Shown: one piece after another, positions 31,020 through 32,000 of the stretch
How positions within the stretch are numbered: the first letter of the stretch is position 1
Layout: each line of letters starts with the position of its first letter
Assembly: GCF_001457615.1 (NCBI RefSeq)
Contig: NZ_LN831024.1
Coordinates: 5,850,001-5,882,000 of the forward strand
DNA: 32,000 nt
Source of the DNA: Pseudomonas aeruginosa
Lineage (GTDB): Bacteria; Pseudomonadota; Gammaproteobacteria; Pseudomonadales; Pseudomonadaceae
Direction: 5' to 3'
Position numbers and translations under genes: made by a program
Notes under the pieces: generated by a model
What the model saw: the letters and a program-made list of their open reading frames with translations, nothing else
Databases searched by the model: none
Told to the model about the DNA's origin: nothing

Positions 31020-31457
31020 TCACTCGGGAATGCGCAGGACCTGGCCGGGGTAGATCTTGTCCGGATGGCTGAGCATCGGCTTGTTGGCCTCGAAGATCTT
31101 CATGTAGGCGTTGGCATTGCCGTATTCGGCCTTGGCGATGGCGCTCAGGGTGTCGCCTTTCTTCACGGTGACGAAGCGCGCCTCCGGAGCGGCCTGGGCC
31201 ACGGTGATCTTGTCTTCCACCGAGGAGACGCCGGCGACGTTGCCCAGCGCCAGCAGGATCTTCTCTTTCTCCTCCTGGCTGGCCACCTCGCCCGAGGCGA
31301 TGACCTTGTCGCCTTCCACCGAAACCTGGATGTTCGGGTTGCCCAGGCCGACCTTGGCGACGTGCTCCTTCAGCGACTCGGCCGCCTGTGCCTCATGCCC
31401 CGTCAGCGTATCCCACAGCTTTTCACCGGCTTCCTTCACGAACGCGAAAATACCCAT
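31020..31457 (-). CDS. BON and LysM domain protein (YgaU/Kbp-like potassium-binding protein)
   Basis: 145 aa from MGIFAFVKEAGEKLWDTLTG. BON region followed by LysM FVTVKKGDTLSAIAKAEYGNANAYMKIFEANKPMLSHPDKIYPGQVLRIPE. Confidence 0.92.
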   Translation of the reverse strand: MGIFAFVKEAGEKLWDTLTGHEAQAAESLKEHVAKVGLGNPNIQVSVEGDKVIASGEVASQEEKEKILLALGNVAGVSSVEDKITVAQAAPEARFVTVKKGDTLSAIAKAEYGNANAYMKIFEANKPMLSHPDKIYPGQVLRIPE

Positions 31458-31630
31458 CTTTGGTTCTCCCTTTACGGTTACGGTTGCAAGCGGCCGGCGC
31501 AATCCCGATCCGCGACTAGCCAAGTCTAGACTGCAAAAACCGGCGAAATATCCCCAGGCTCCTTCGTCACCCCATAACACTGCGCCCATTCGCGTTAAGA
31601 TTCGGCGACACCCCCGCCACGGAAGCGCCG

Positions 31631-32000
31631 ATGGACATCAAGCAACTGAAATTCCTCTGCGCCCTCGACGAAACCCGCCACTTCGGCCAGGCCGCCGCGC
31701 GCTGCCACGTCACCCAGCCGACCCTGTCCATGCGCCTGCGCAGCCTGGAGGAAGAACTCGGCCTGGAACTGGTGCGACGCAGCCAGCGCTTCGAAGGCTT
31801 CACCGAGGCCGGCGAGCGCGTACTGGCCTGGGCACGCAGCCTGCTGGCGGCCCAGGAAGGGCTGTACGCGGAAGCCGCCGCCTGCCGCGGGCAACTGGTC
31901 GGGACCCTGCGCCTGGGCGTGGTGCCGCTGGCCAGCTTCGACCCGATGCGCCTGGTCCAGCACATGGCCGGGCGCCACCCGGAGTTGCGTTTCCAGCTCT
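31631..32000 (+). CDS. LysR family transcriptional regulator, 3' truncated by window
   Basis: MDIKQLKFLCALDETRHFGQAAARCHVTQPTLSMRLRSLEEELGLELVRRSQRFEGFTEAGERVLAWA, a LysR N-terminal HTH. Confidence 0.93.
   Translation, partial: MDIKQLKFLCALDETRHFGQAAARCHVTQPTLSMRLRSLEEELGLELVRRSQRFEGFTEAGERVLAWARSLLAAQEGLYAEAAACRGQLVGTLRLGVVPLASFDPMRLVQHMAGRHPELRFQL

Overview
The window matches a Pseudomonas aeruginosa-type chromosome: high GC, with recognisable arcDABC, rmlBDAC, dctBD/dctPQM and fabY products. In order it contains: a polar amino-acid ABC transporter (ATPase truncated at the left edge); a SAM-methyltransferase-like protein; a MarR regulator with an EmrAB/outer-membrane-lipoprotein drug efflux operon; tRNA-Thr(TGT); rmlBDAC (dTDP-L-rhamnose); dctB/dctD; a TRAP C4-dicarboxylate transporter dctPQM behind a sigma54 promoter; arcDABC (arginine deiminase pathway) behind an ANR box; a FabY-type ketoacyl synthase; a 1.35 kb lower-GC insertion; cysQ, nudE, a YrfG-like HAD hydrolase, a BON-LysM protein, and the start of a LysR regulator. 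Most of it is core genome. The most unusual feature is the insertion at 27441-28788. It is bounded by 47/49-bp direct copies of the cysQ 3' end and carries an orphan ~6-TM membrane protein with no recombinase of its own. The best regulatory observations are a pair of CTGCCTAGRCAG palindromes on the marR/efflux promoter and a concentric 42-bp dyad upstream of the dctP sigma54 promoter. I found no clearly new multi-gene system.
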